Origin: Thermoplasmata archaeon
GTDB taxonomy: Archaea > Thermoplasmatota > Thermoplasmata > Lutacidiplasmatales > UBA184
NCBI GenBank assembly: GCA_030038655.1
Contig: JASHSP010000113.1
Span: forward strand, 5,420 to 69,419
Direction: 5' to 3'
Length of the DNA stretch: 64,000 nucleotides
Made by a program: the position numbers and the translations under genes. The notes under the pieces were generated by a model. The model made no database searches, was not told the origin of the DNA, and saw only the letters and a program-made list of their open reading frames with translations. Below are positions 10,401 through 17,945 of this stretch, piece after piece. Within the stretch, counting starts at the first letter, position 1. Every line of letters begins with the position of its first letter.

Positions 10401-12747
10401 TTCGTACGACGTTTCCATCGCCAACGTGACGGCAACGTACGGCGCGCTCGGGGTCTGGATCGACCCGTCCGCGTTCGTCTACGTCACCGGGACCGTCGTC
10501 AGCCAGGAGGCCGCCGGAGTCATGGCGGAGGACTCGACGGACCTCTGGATCAACGATACCAACGTCTTCGCCGACTCGTTGGGCGTTCTCGAGGAGGACG
10601 GCAGCGAAGCCCGGATCTCCAACACGAGCGCCTCCGATTTCTCGCTGGGGGTCGGCGTGGTCGGGTCGAACGCCAGCTGGGTCAACTCAACCGACGTTTC
10701 CGGCCTCGCGATCGGGGTCGGCATCGAGTTCAGCACGGGGATCCACGTGGACGGCGTCACCGCGACGGGGTCGGGCAGCCCCCCGTCGCCTTGGCTCTAC
10801 CAGTACGTCTGGGGGGTGCCGACGTCCGCCGTCGTGACCTACGAGACGTTCCAGAGCACTGTCTCCGACGTCGTGGCGAGCGGCTACCCGGCCGCGCTCT
10901 ACGACAACTCCTCGAGCGTGCTCGGGGTCCAGTCGGTCAACGCGTCCGGGGGCGACTTCGGGATCGTGTTGAACGGCACCACCGGCAGTGTTTTCGCCGG
11001 AATTCAGGCGTATCAGGACCAGGTCGGCCTCCAGATGAACTGGGCCGTCTACTTCGACTACGAGTACGAGGAGTACGTCTACGCGAACGCCTCCGACGAC
11101 GTCGTCACCGGTAGTTCGTTCGTCGACTGCGTCGGATTCGGTGTCGACATCACTCACGGCGTCGACAACACCGTCTACCTCAACGATTTCGTCGGCGACA
11201 ACGGCGCCACCTCGACCTACAGCGCGGCCCACATCCAGGCGTTCAGCAACTCCGCCTCGAACGAGTTCAACAGTTCGAACGAGGTCGGCAACTACTGGGC
11301 CGACTGGCATTCCTACACGGACGGCGTCCTGAACCCGTACTACCTTTCGAACGGGACGTGGGACTACCACCCTCTCGGTGCGATGGAAGGGGCGTTCTTC
11401 GTCACGTTCTACGCGTCGGGGCTGGCGTCCGGGACCTCCTGGTCGGTCACGCTCGGGAACACGACTCAGAGCTCGGTCGGATCCTGGATCACCTTCGTCG
11501 AGTACCCGGGCACCTACGGGTTCACGGTCGGGGCGGTGCCGGACTACGAGATCACCCCCGCCGCGGGATCCGTCGTGGTGTCGACCGGCCCCGTCGCGCA
11601 GACGATCGAGTTCGCGGCCACCTACCACGTGACCGTCAAGGAGACGGGGCTCGCCGCCTCGACTTCCTGGAGCGCGTTCTTCGGCGGCGTCGAGAAGTCG
11701 ACCTCGGGAACTTCGATCGCCTTCACCGAGACCGCGGGCACCTACTCGTTCCAGATCCCGGGCGTGGGGGACTACACGCCCACCCCGGCCAACGGAACCG
11801 TGACGGTGACGGGCAATTACACGCTCTGGATCGCGTTCTCGTCCCCGACCGTCTACACGGTCTGGGTCAACGAGACCGGGCTATCGGGCGACGTCACGTG
11901 GTCCGCGATCTTCAACGGGGTCGAGGAATCGACCGGCGGCACGTCGCTCGCCTTCTCGGTGCCGGCGGGGACGTACTCCTACCAGATCGGTTCGGTGGCG
12001 GGGTACGCCGCGTCGCCTTCGGCCGGTTCGGTCGGCGTGAGCGGCAACTTCCTCCTGCTCGTGACCTTCTCGTCGACCACGGGGCCGACGTACTCGGTCA
12101 CGATCTCGGAGTCCGGGCTGCCGGGCGATACCGAGTGGTCCGCGATCTTCAACGGGATCGAGGAGTCGACCAGCGGCACGTCCCTCGTGTTCACGGTGGC
12201 CGCCGGAACGTACAACTACCAGATCGTCGGGATCGCGGGCTACACGGTCTCGCCGTCCGGCGGCTCGGTCACCGTCGGCGGGAACTACGCGCTCGCGGTC
12301 GCGTTCTCGACGGTCAAGTACGCGGTCACGGTCTCGGAGACCGGGCTCGCGAGTGGCACCGTCTGGTCGGCGACCGTGAACGGCGTAACGCAGACCTCGT
12401 CGGGGACCGAGATCACGTTCTACGAGCCGAACGGCACCTGGTCCTTCTCGGTCGCGAGCGTGAGCGGCTACTCGCTCACGGGCGGGTCGGGGTCGATCCC
12501 CGTGTCCGGGTCGTCCGCGGGAACGTCGGTCGCGTTCACCCCGTCGAGCTCGCCGTCGTACGTCGGAACGTCCACGTACAACACGGGCTTCGACATCGCT
12601 CTCGCCCTGGCGGTCGTCGCCCTGCTGGTCGCGCTGTTCGCGCTCCTGCGTCGCCCGCGCGCTCCGCCTCCGCCTCCGGCCGCCCAGTGGCAGGAGCCCG
12701 AGGCGGGCGCAGGCGAGGAAACGTCGTCTACGACGGGTACCCATTAG
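7471..12747 (+). CDS. Giant cell-surface glycoprotein: signal peptide, thermopsin-like (peptidase A5) domain, parallel beta-helix region, five ~85-aa Ig-like TGLxxGTxW repeats and a C-terminal TM anchor
   Basis: The ORF track starts at 7408; the ATG at 7471 (MTGLRSVRNRVWLLPIVLVVCALML) follows the TATA box. The N-terminal domain matches thermopsin as recalled (PAPMGIADFGLS, TLQFIDNVWNLSSPG, DDAELVFGGPGGGSN, DYGTDTGETAIGM). The middle shows a repetitive GVxV/NxS beta-helix pattern. The C-terminal repeats (YxVTVxETGLxSGTxWSAxFNGVExSTSGTSxxFTV.AGTYSYQI) are followed by FDIALALAVVALLVALFALL and a charged tail. More than 60 NxS/T sequons are present. Confidence 0.75.
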   Translation: MTGLRSVRNRVWLLPIVLVVCALMLSPAGGLLAARSASSATLAASLSAAASTGGTGSMHLPSLLHSSLPSSPAGPAIAPTLLADASGFNGGLSASPSPPLGARSGGSNAPSGVPAVATDVASSTPGWVASVDQSIADGQVPASAAYLPSLSLLNEHVSTPSQAVSPIVTVSPAPMGIADFGLSANGPYSVYTQGVAGGIQLSGYNATAGTTYETTGAYYWDGLSPNAVVTPWQSGVQLNTVLNNVSYPGSDIGAFWTQNVLDFSGSTLQFIDNVWNLSSPGAAMEYGTIYSGNGVLVPGELYYDYGPTLPLSFPLTINLYNNASIIDGRSALTFGYRVVEGATVYTGVYDTVVFNSQPTVVDPLLTPDYLISGFNLAPDNFLLDDAELVFGGPGGGSNAEISSMSGDLSLAFLNGSAWEPAPSAYDYGTDTGETAIGMAATWSGTNESVSQGPSILYGLWNTTYSVPSGQVPFVGHLDPSYGFAFIGLYGTNTTNLSYAPSAANGTVLTWLPPSIVFNLTVFADGFSELNATFEGAVNAEIDLVSSPGTWNAPLYMNGDVQAAALALDTLGESSAPYEFYNLNVSVNQTFNHVNDYYYPTFDLLWAYGLTTPLAVDNISQGGDAPNGDTYYAPDYNGSGENLPYFGDEIAVWSSPSPFFENLFLPGYLLPAGTDGGGAIALWNDSDAFGYNLTSVDDTFGLWASDSPFTAEVDSVAYLGAVALTLMASAYAFTYNLSAFGFAADVLDEGGLYGDLDQLNATGFSDGVVTYGTNDTGIYQLNATEESVAADLEFGSGLYVYAVNASFESVGVEGLGLNLSSVYDVAIGTSEFDPGVVLEESNNSVVQNVYGNSSEGYGVLLLGDGISTVTNVTAVNDSAGVIVEDSYGPVGVDQVVANDSVGVAIGFNAVLATVTDVNATNGSIGVESYESFDVEVREVSASGFAAQSNIGVDVLVSEAVDVSYVSAEGGSIGVDVSSSYDVSIANVTATYGALGVWIDPSAFVYVTGTVVSQEAAGVMAEDSTDLWINDTNVFADSLGVLEEDGSEARISNTSASDFSLGVGVVGSNASWVNSTDVSGLAIGVGIEFSTGIHVDGVTATGSGSPPSPWLYQYVWGVPTSAVVTYETFQSTVSDVVASGYPAALYDNSSSVLGVQSVNASGGDFGIVLNGTTGSVFAGIQAYQDQVGLQMNWAVYFDYEYEEYVYANASDDVVTGSSFVDCVGFGVDITHGVDNTVYLNDFVGDNGATSTYSAAHIQAFSNSASNEFNSSNEVGNYWADWHSYTDGVLNPYYLSNGTWDYHPLGAMEGAFFVTFYASGLASGTSWSVTLGNTTQSSVGSWITFVEYPGTYGFTVGAVPDYEITPAAGSVVVSTGPVAQTIEFAATYHVTVKETGLAASTSWSAFFGGVEKSTSGTSIAFTETAGTYSFQIPGVGDYTPTPANGTVTVTGNYTLWIAFSSPTVYTVWVNETGLSGDVTWSAIFNGVEESTGGTSLAFSVPAGTYSYQIGSVAGYAASPSAGSVGVSGNFLLLVTFSSTTGPTYSVTISESGLPGDTEWSAIFNGIEESTSGTSLVFTVAAGTYNYQIVGIAGYTVSPSGGSVTVGGNYALAVAFSTVKYAVTVSETGLASGTVWSATVNGVTQTSSGTEITFYEPNGTWSFSVASVSGYSLTGGSGSIPVSGSSAGTSVAFTPSSSPSYVGTSTYNTGFDIALALAVVALLVALFALLRRPRAPPPPPAAQWQEPEAGAGEETSSTTGTH
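11392..12560 (+). repeat. Five tandem in-frame ~255-bp coding repeats (Ig-like TGLxxGTxW module) inside the thermopsin-domain surface protein gene
   Basis: Nucleotide-level repetition is visible (..gagaccgggct..tggtccgcgatcttcaacggg.tcgaggaatcgacc.gcggcacgtc.ctcg..). It gives near-identical peptide repeats: ETGLSGDVTWSAIFNGVEESTGGTSLAF / ESGLPGDTEWSAIFNGIEESTSGTSLVF. Confidence 0.7.
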
Positions 12748-13008
12748 ATCCTCGACAGAACCCCTTCTCGCACCCCGGGTCCGCGAGGACCCGGGGGCGG
12801 TCGTTCTTCTGGCATCCTCGTACAGGTCGCGCCACAGTTCTCTCCGGCAGCGACCGACGCCTTAGGTCTCTCGGTCCCGCCCGGGAAGAACGCGGAGGCC
12901 CCCGGGGGCGGGTACGGCTCGCGTTGTTCCCTCCCTCCCAGCGCCTTCCCTTCCCCCCGTTACAAGTTATAGTGGGAAACCGTGCCGGCACCGACACCGT
13001 AAGCGAGG

Positions 13009-14202
13009 ATGGTCGCCCGAACCCGCCCCCCCACGTTTCGAGTCCTGGCCGCCTGGGAGCCTTCGTCGCCGCCGCATCGTCCCGCTCCCAGGCCGACCTC
13101 CGCGGCTCTCCCCCGAGTGGTCCTGTCGACCGGCCCCGTGACCCGTCTGACGCTGCGCATGGAACCGACCGCCCTCACTCTCTACCGGAAGGACGGATCC
13201 CTGTCGCTGCCCGGGCTCGAGTTCTCCGCCGCGATCGCGCTCCCTCCGATGGACCTCGCGCCACCTCCGGCGCCGCCTCCGGCCCCCGCGGAGACCTCTC
13301 GCGGGCCGATCGTACTCGAGCCACCCGACGCGCCGCCGCATCCTACTGAGTCCACTGGCTCTCGCGCCGAGGTGCCGGTCCTCGAGAGTGCCATCCCGGA
13401 CACAACGCCAGAGTATCTCGAACCGCTGACCGTCATGGCGGACGAGCCTCCGCCGGAAAGTCCGGCGCCGGAGAAGCAGGCGGGTTCGCCGCTCGTCGCG
13501 GCGGAGCTTCCGGCACCGCCCTCGGCGCCGCCCGACGCCGGGGGCCCTCCGACGATCCCGACGCCGGGACTTTACGACCTACCGGCCCTCCTTGCGCGAA
13601 TCCTCTCCGTCTCGGCCGGCCTGCGCGCCGCGGGCGAGATGCGACTCGGGGTGCGGGAGGCTCCGTCCGCAGCGCCTCCGTCACCTTCCGCGGCTCCCGG
13701 GCCGGAGCTCGCGACCTCGGTCGGGGCGTCGAATCCGGCGCCCGTTCCTCCCGAGGCACCGGCCACGGAAGAGTCGCCGGCCCCTCCCGCACCGATACTG
13801 GCCGCGCTTCCGGTCTTCCAGTGGCGGGACTGGCACCGTCCGGCGTCCCATGCCCACGACGAGTCCCGCGCCGAACCGGCTCCTCAGGCGGAGGTCGTGA
13901 GCTATTCCCGCTCGACGGCCCGCAGGGAACCTACCGTGCCGGCGACGACCCCGTATCCCCCGGCCGCGAGCACGTGTCGGTGCCCCCAATGCTATCGCGC
14001 GGATCCCCCTCCGCCGCTCCGGGGGGTCCTCGCCCGTCGACGGCACCTGCGATTCGAGTACTCGTCGGCGATCTCGAAACCCCATCCGCCGCCGGAGGAA
14101 TCCGACGAGCCCGGCGGCCTGGTCCCGCTGGCACGGCCGGCGCGGTACCGGTGGCGAATGTACCGGGACCGTCTGGAGGCCGATTCGAAAGACGACGGCT
14201 GA
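13009..14202 (+). CDS. Hypothetical Pro/Ala/Glu-rich low-complexity protein (possibly disordered, cell-envelope associated); gene status uncertain
   Basis: 397-aa ORF in the only sizeable gap of the island, with an AT-rich AAGTTATAG ~35 nt upstream of its GTG. Composition is PAPPPAPAETS/PEYLEP with a CxCPxC near the C-terminus. High GC could also generate this ORF by chance. Confidence 0.3.
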   Translation: MVARTRPPTFRVLAAWEPSSPPHRPAPRPTSAALPRVVLSTGPVTRLTLRMEPTALTLYRKDGSLSLPGLEFSAAIALPPMDLAPPPAPPPAPAETSRGPIVLEPPDAPPHPTESTGSRAEVPVLESAIPDTTPEYLEPLTVMADEPPPESPAPEKQAGSPLVAAELPAPPSAPPDAGGPPTIPTPGLYDLPALLARILSVSAGLRAAGEMRLGVREAPSAAPPSPSAAPGPELATSVGASNPAPVPPEAPATEESPAPPAPILAALPVFQWRDWHRPASHAHDESRAEPAPQAEVVSYSRSTARREPTVPATTPYPPAASTCRCPQCYRADPPPPLRGVLARRRHLRFEYSSAISKPHPPPEESDEPGGLVPLARPARYRWRMYRDRLEADSKDDG

Positions 14203-14477
14203 CGCTTCCTGCGGCCCATCACCGCGACGGTCCGCGGGAACCACATCCGCCGGCCGACGGATCCAGTGCGTATCTCATGGAGCGTGGCGGTCGCTCGGAC
14301 GTAGTCTCCCCCGCGGGGCCCCGACCACGTTCGCGGGCCGACGTCGGCGAGAAAGCGGTGGAGCGTCGCCGCTTCCCTTCGACTGCACCCGTCCGACGGT
14401 TCACGAAGGATCCCGGCGGCGACGTGTTCCCGACAGAGCGACCCGCCGTCGTCCGTCGCGCCGTTCGACCTCGTGGG

Positions 14478-14488
14478 GGTTAAATACC
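14478..14488 (+). promoter_or_regulatory. Archaeal TATA box (GTTAAATAC) upstream of the small secreted protein gene
   Basis: An AT island in GC-rich context lies ~40 nt upstream of the ATG at 14526. Confidence 0.35.
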
Positions 14489-14525
14489 CCCTCCGCGCTC
14501 GACCTTCCCCCCGGGGGTCCGATTG

Positions 14526-15092
14526 ATGAAGCGGAACACGACCGCGCGCGGGACGTTCTATCTCGTCTTGGCGATCGCCACGTTCGCCGTGGTCGCGGGG
14601 TTCGCCCTCGGTTCTTTCACGTTCGGGAGCTTCGGTTTCATTCCCAAGCAGACGGGCGCCTCCGGCGTCGCCCCGGGTGCGCCGGCGGGAGTCCAGTTCC
14701 CCCTCGCGGAGGCGACGTTCGTGACGCCGAGCTCGACTCCGGCGACGGGGGCTTGCACCACCACCAACCTCGGCACGAACCTCACGCCCAATCACCTCAC
14801 GAGCGGCGCGGCCGTCGGGATCTGCCTCAACGCGTTCTCGGGGGGCTACCTGACCGGCGACACGATGTGGATCCTGGAGGTGCTGTGGAACACGAGCGCG
14901 ACCGTCTCGACGCTGTTCAACGTGAGCATCTTCGAGTCGACCACCCCGGCCACGGACAGCATCCTCGCGACCGCCTGGGTCGAGACCTCGGCTACGATCA
15001 CGGCCAACGAGACCGCGATTTTCGCGGTCGACCTGAGCCAGAGCACGATCTCCTCGGTCAACACGTTCAACGTGCTCGTCACCGAGGTCTGA
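14526..15092 (+). CDS. Small secreted/anchored protein with an archaeal pilin-like or SipW-type N-terminal signal (MKRNTTARG|TFYLVLAIATFAVVAGFALG)
   Basis: 188 aa (the ORF track starts at a TTG at 14523). A basic n-region and RG are followed by a long hydrophobic segment. The body is a Thr/Ser-rich beta-rich domain with several NxS/T sequons. No homologue recognised. Confidence 0.55.
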   Translation: MKRNTTARGTFYLVLAIATFAVVAGFALGSFTFGSFGFIPKQTGASGVAPGAPAGVQFPLAEATFVTPSSTPATGACTTTNLGTNLTPNHLTSGAAVGICLNAFSGGYLTGDTMWILEVLWNTSATVSTLFNVSIFESTTPATDSILATAWVETSATITANETAIFAVDLSQSTISSVNTFNVLVTEV

Positions 15093-15145
15093 GCCCGTCG
15101 GGGGTGCCCGCCGCCGTGCGGGGGGGTGAAGCGCGAGCGTCCGGG

Positions 15146-15874
15146 TCAACCCGACTTGCGCTGTGGACGGCCCGCCGAGCCCTTCCGAGATCGTGTCTCG
15201 GCCGCCACCTGTTCGTTGGCCTTCACGATCCGCGTTAGCTTCTCCGCGAATCGGGCGAGGTGGTCGCCCCGGATTCCGACGACCATCGTGTCGGCCCCCA
15301 GGTCCGTGTAGATCCGGGAGCCCGTGCACCCGAGCGAGATCGCCACCGGGGCACCCTGGTTCATGATCGGCACGATCGCGCACATCGGCCGCCCGTTCAT
15401 CGGAACCGGCTTCGCGTCGGTGCCGGCGCCCGCGGCCTCGACCGCCAGCATCGCCCCCTTCGGCCTCGCGAACAAGAGGACCGCGGTCGGGGGCATGCTC
15501 AGCGAGCCAAGCGGTCCGTAGGCGACGAACTTCGGCGCGGCGGCGTTGTGCGGGACGCGGGCTTCCTCGCCGGGATTGAGGTACCCCTCCTTCTGCATCG
15601 TGCCGAGCGTCGACATCAGCCGGCCCCCCAGCTCGCCCTCGGGAGGTATTCCCAGAACGAACGCGCCGATCTCGCACGCCGCGTGCTCCGTCAGGGGGGC
15701 GTAGAACGGCTTCTCGGTGCCGAACGCAAAGAAGGTGCAGACGGAGGGTACCCCTCCGGGGTGCTGCGGGACGCCGCTCGGGGGCTGGTCCAGGTAGGAT
15801 AGCTGGACGGGGGGACGGTCAAGTTCGAGCTGTCGGGCGAGCTGGATCGCTATCGTCCGGGACTCCGTCGTCAT
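15146..15874 (-). CDS. DUF169-family protein (COG2043)
   Basis: The ATG at 15872-15874 (MTTESRTIAIQLARQL...) gives a 242-aa protein resembling the DUF169 family (..CTFFAFGTEKPFYAPLTEHAACEIGAFVLG..PMCAIVPIMNQGAPVAISLGCTGSRIYTDL..). The upstream part of the 418-aa track ORF is Arg-rich artefact. Confidence 0.6.
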   Translation of the reverse strand: MTTESRTIAIQLARQLELDRPPVQLSYLDQPPSGVPQHPGGVPSVCTFFAFGTEKPFYAPLTEHAACEIGAFVLGIPPEGELGGRLMSTLGTMQKEGYLNPGEEARVPHNAAAPKFVAYGPLGSLSMPPTAVLLFARPKGAMLAVEAAGAGTDAKPVPMNGRPMCAIVPIMNQGAPVAISLGCTGSRIYTDLGADTMVVGIRGDHLARFAEKLTRIVKANEQVAAETRSRKGSAGRPQRKSG

Positions 15875-15975
15875 GGTGCGGCCCCACGTGGCAGGGAGGG
15901 TGCGGTATAGAGGGTTTGCCGGTCGAGGACGGTGTACGCCCGGGCCGGGCCCGATGCCCGAGGGTTGCCGCCGGC

Positions 15976-16515
15976 TCAAGCCGAGGGCAGCAGCAGCGGG
16001 TCGCCGCAGCCGGACGACTGCTCGGTTCCCGTGATCGTGACGACGATCACCGTCGAAGCGCCCCGGCATGCGTTCCCGGCGGTCGGAGAGAGCCCGATCA
16101 CGCCCTGGTAGGAGAACGTTCCGCCGGAAGCGAGCTCGCGGGGGGGAGAATTGGGAAGGTTGTCGGTGTAGGTGAACAAGGGGCACGCGTGCGGCTGGCC
16201 GATGCTGATGGACTGGGAAAGGGTCACGGCCACGCTTCCGACGTTCGCCAGGACGGCGTTGATCGTGCACGAGGTCCCGGGAGCAAGGACGTCGGCCGTC
16301 GCGGTGAGCGTGGACGTCGTGAGGCTCAACTGGCAGTGCACGTACGCGGCGTTCCCGACCGTGCTCGAGGGGTTCTTCCACTCGATCTGAAGGGTCGGGC
16401 ACTTCGAGTCGTCATGCCCCTGGTTGCACCCGGACCCCCCACCCCCGCCGCAGGCGAACGCCACCCCACCGGAAGCGGCAATGACGACGACCACCAGGGC
16501 CAGCAACTGTTTCAC
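15976..16515 (-). CDS. Small secreted Cys-containing protein (signal peptide MKQLLALVVVVIAASGGVAFACGGG, possible lipobox), last gene of the SipW-like operon
   Basis: 179 aa with an N-terminal signal peptide, a Gly-rich linker and a beta-rich body with 8 Cys. It is co-directional with and immediately downstream of the TasA-like genes. Confidence 0.55.
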   Translation of the reverse strand: MKQLLALVVVVIAASGGVAFACGGGGGSGCNQGHDDSKCPTLQIEWKNPSSTVGNAAYVHCQLSLTTSTLTATADVLAPGTSCTINAVLANVGSVAVTLSQSISIGQPHACPLFTYTDNLPNSPPRELASGGTFSYQGVIGLSPTAGNACRGASTVIVVTITGTEQSSGCGDPLLLPSA

Positions 16516-16641
16516 ACGATCATCCTCTCACAGTCCGGAAGACGCTCCGTACGCGAACGAGCCCCACGCCGGGCGAATGGTGGGTCGGGGCCCCCGTACC
16601 GTCCGCGCCGGCCCCTCGGTGCTCGCTGCCTGCGGACAGGC

Positions 16642-17202
16642 CTACGTCCCGGCCGACCCGGTCAGCGTCACCACGAAGGTGCAGTTCTCGCCCGCGCCCA
16701 GGTTGCTCGCGCTCGGCAGCAAATGGATGAACCCGGCCCACTGAATCGATCCCGTCGCCGGCACGACGTGCGTCTCGGCGCTCGTTTGGCCGCCCTCGCC
16801 GATCGTGACCGCCGGAGAGAAGAAATTGTCCCCGAACACCAGCACGCCACAGAGAGCACCCGACACGCTCGTGACCTGTTCCGAGACGGTCGCCGGGATC
16901 GACCCGAGGTTCGTGAGGGTGTCCCCGTAGCTGCAAATGTCGCCGGGAAGCAGGGTGTCGGCGGTCAGATAGAGGGTGTCGTCCGGCAAGTGGGTCGCCG
17001 GCCCGAGCGATGCGAAACAGACGTCGTTCGGCTCGAATCCGCCGTAGGCCGGGTCCGGGCCCCATACAAGGGGTCCCAGGGTCCCGGCCCGGGCGCCGCC
17101 GTCGACGTACGCCGCAGTCGTGAAGGCGGCGAAGCCGGTGCCGACGGTGGCCAGCACGGCCACCACGACCAACCCGGTCGTCGCCGCCTTCGTTAGGCGC
17201 AT
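16642..17202 (-). CDS. TasA/camelysin-like secreted protein with SipW-cognate-type signal peptide (paralogue 1)
   Basis: The N-terminus MRLTKAATTGLVVVAVLATVGTGFAAFTTAAYVDGGARAGTLGPL resembles the B. subtilis TasA/camelysin N-terminus (..GGGTWAAFND..ATFASGTLDL) and the TIGR04088 SipW-cognate signal class. It is about 185 aa and ends TLTGSAGT like its paralogue. Confidence 0.65.
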   Translation of the reverse strand: MRLTKAATTGLVVVAVLATVGTGFAAFTTAAYVDGGARAGTLGPLVWGPDPAYGGFEPNDVCFASLGPATHLPDDTLYLTADTLLPGDICSYGDTLTNLGSIPATVSEQVTSVSGALCGVLVFGDNFFSPAVTIGEGGQTSAETHVVPATGSIQWAGFIHLLPSASNLGAGENCTFVVTLTGSAGT

Positions 17203-17259
17203 GGTACCCTCACCGGCCGTTGGGCTCGCTGGGTCCGATCCGGTTCCTAACCGATCCGT

Positions 17260-17811
17260 TCAGGTCCCCGCGGATGCGGAGAACGTCAGGACGATGTTGC
17301 AGAATACACCCTGGTCGGCGTTCCCGAGACCGCCGCCGAGGCTCTCGGTGACCGTGTACTGCTGGTACGAGTAGCCGCCGATGGTCACGTACCCGTGCGT
17401 GACGCCGTACGACTCGTAGCCGAACCAGCTGTCGTAGGTGTACGTCACGTAGCATCCGGCCCCGCTGTCCTTCGTCGACGTGATCTCGACCGCGGCCGGG
17501 ATGGACCCTCCGTTGTTGAGGTCCGCGCTGAACGTGCACGAGTCACCCGGGGCGAGGTTGCCCGCGGTGAAGTTCAGCGTGTCGCTCGTGTTCAACGTCG
17601 TCGTGATGAAGTTCGTGCAGACGTCGAAGCTCTCGGTGCCCACGGGTGTGGCCGTGTTGCTCCAATAGAGCGGCCCGAGCGTTCCCGCCTGCGCTTGGGC
17701 GTCGATGTACGCACTCGTCGTAAAGCTCGCAAACCCGATCCCGCCGACCGCGATCGCAGCGACCACGGCGACAAGACCCAACATCCACCGCTTTCCCATA
17801 CTGCCCAACAC
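17260..17811 (-). CDS. TasA/camelysin-like secreted protein with SipW-cognate-type signal peptide (paralogue 2)
   Basis: The N-terminus MLGSMGKRWMLGLVAVVAAIAVGGIGFASFTTSAYIDAQAQAGTLGPLYW carries the same GxGFAxFTTxAY..AGTLGPL motif as the neighbouring gene. It ends TFSASAGT. Confidence 0.65.
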   Translation of the reverse strand: MLGSMGKRWMLGLVAVVAAIAVGGIGFASFTTSAYIDAQAQAGTLGPLYWSNTATPVGTESFDVCTNFITTTLNTSDTLNFTAGNLAPGDSCTFSADLNNGGSIPAAVEITSTKDSGAGCYVTYTYDSWFGYESYGVTHGYVTIGGYSYQQYTVTESLGGGLGNADQGVFCNIVLTFSASAGT

Positions 17812-17945
17812 TCCGGGTACCAGTACCCGAGCAGGAAAGGGGTTGGGGAGTTATACGGCAACAGAAGATGTTTCGAATGTTCTCAGTACCATTCGCTGGA
17901 ATTGTACATACGAAACGCCTCGCGAGCGTCGCCGCGCCACTGCGG

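Noticed and set aside
11392-12560. Tandem repeats considered as a possible CRISPR array
   Set aside because: The units are ~255-285 bp, in-frame and protein-coding, with no short direct repeats and unique spacers. No cas genes are present in the window.
7585-13349. Long alternative-frame ORFs inside the thermopsin-domain surface protein gene (7585-9246 minus, 10687-11628 minus, 11358-13349 plus)
   Set aside because: They are out-of-frame or antisense to a gene with clear domain structure. Their composition is junk-like (RRGGD, DR repeats).
14526-15092. Class III (type IV pilin/archaellin) signal peptide on the small secreted protein
   Set aside because: RG followed by a long hydrophobic stretch is suggestive. 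However, there is no FlaK/PibD-type consensus (no charged residue at +5, and no pilus assembly genes nearby). It is kept only as a possibility in the feature call.
13992-15677. 561-aa minus-strand ORF spanning the island gap
   Set aside because: Arg-rich low complexity. It overlaps the better-supported plus-strand secreted-protein gene and the DUF169 gene.
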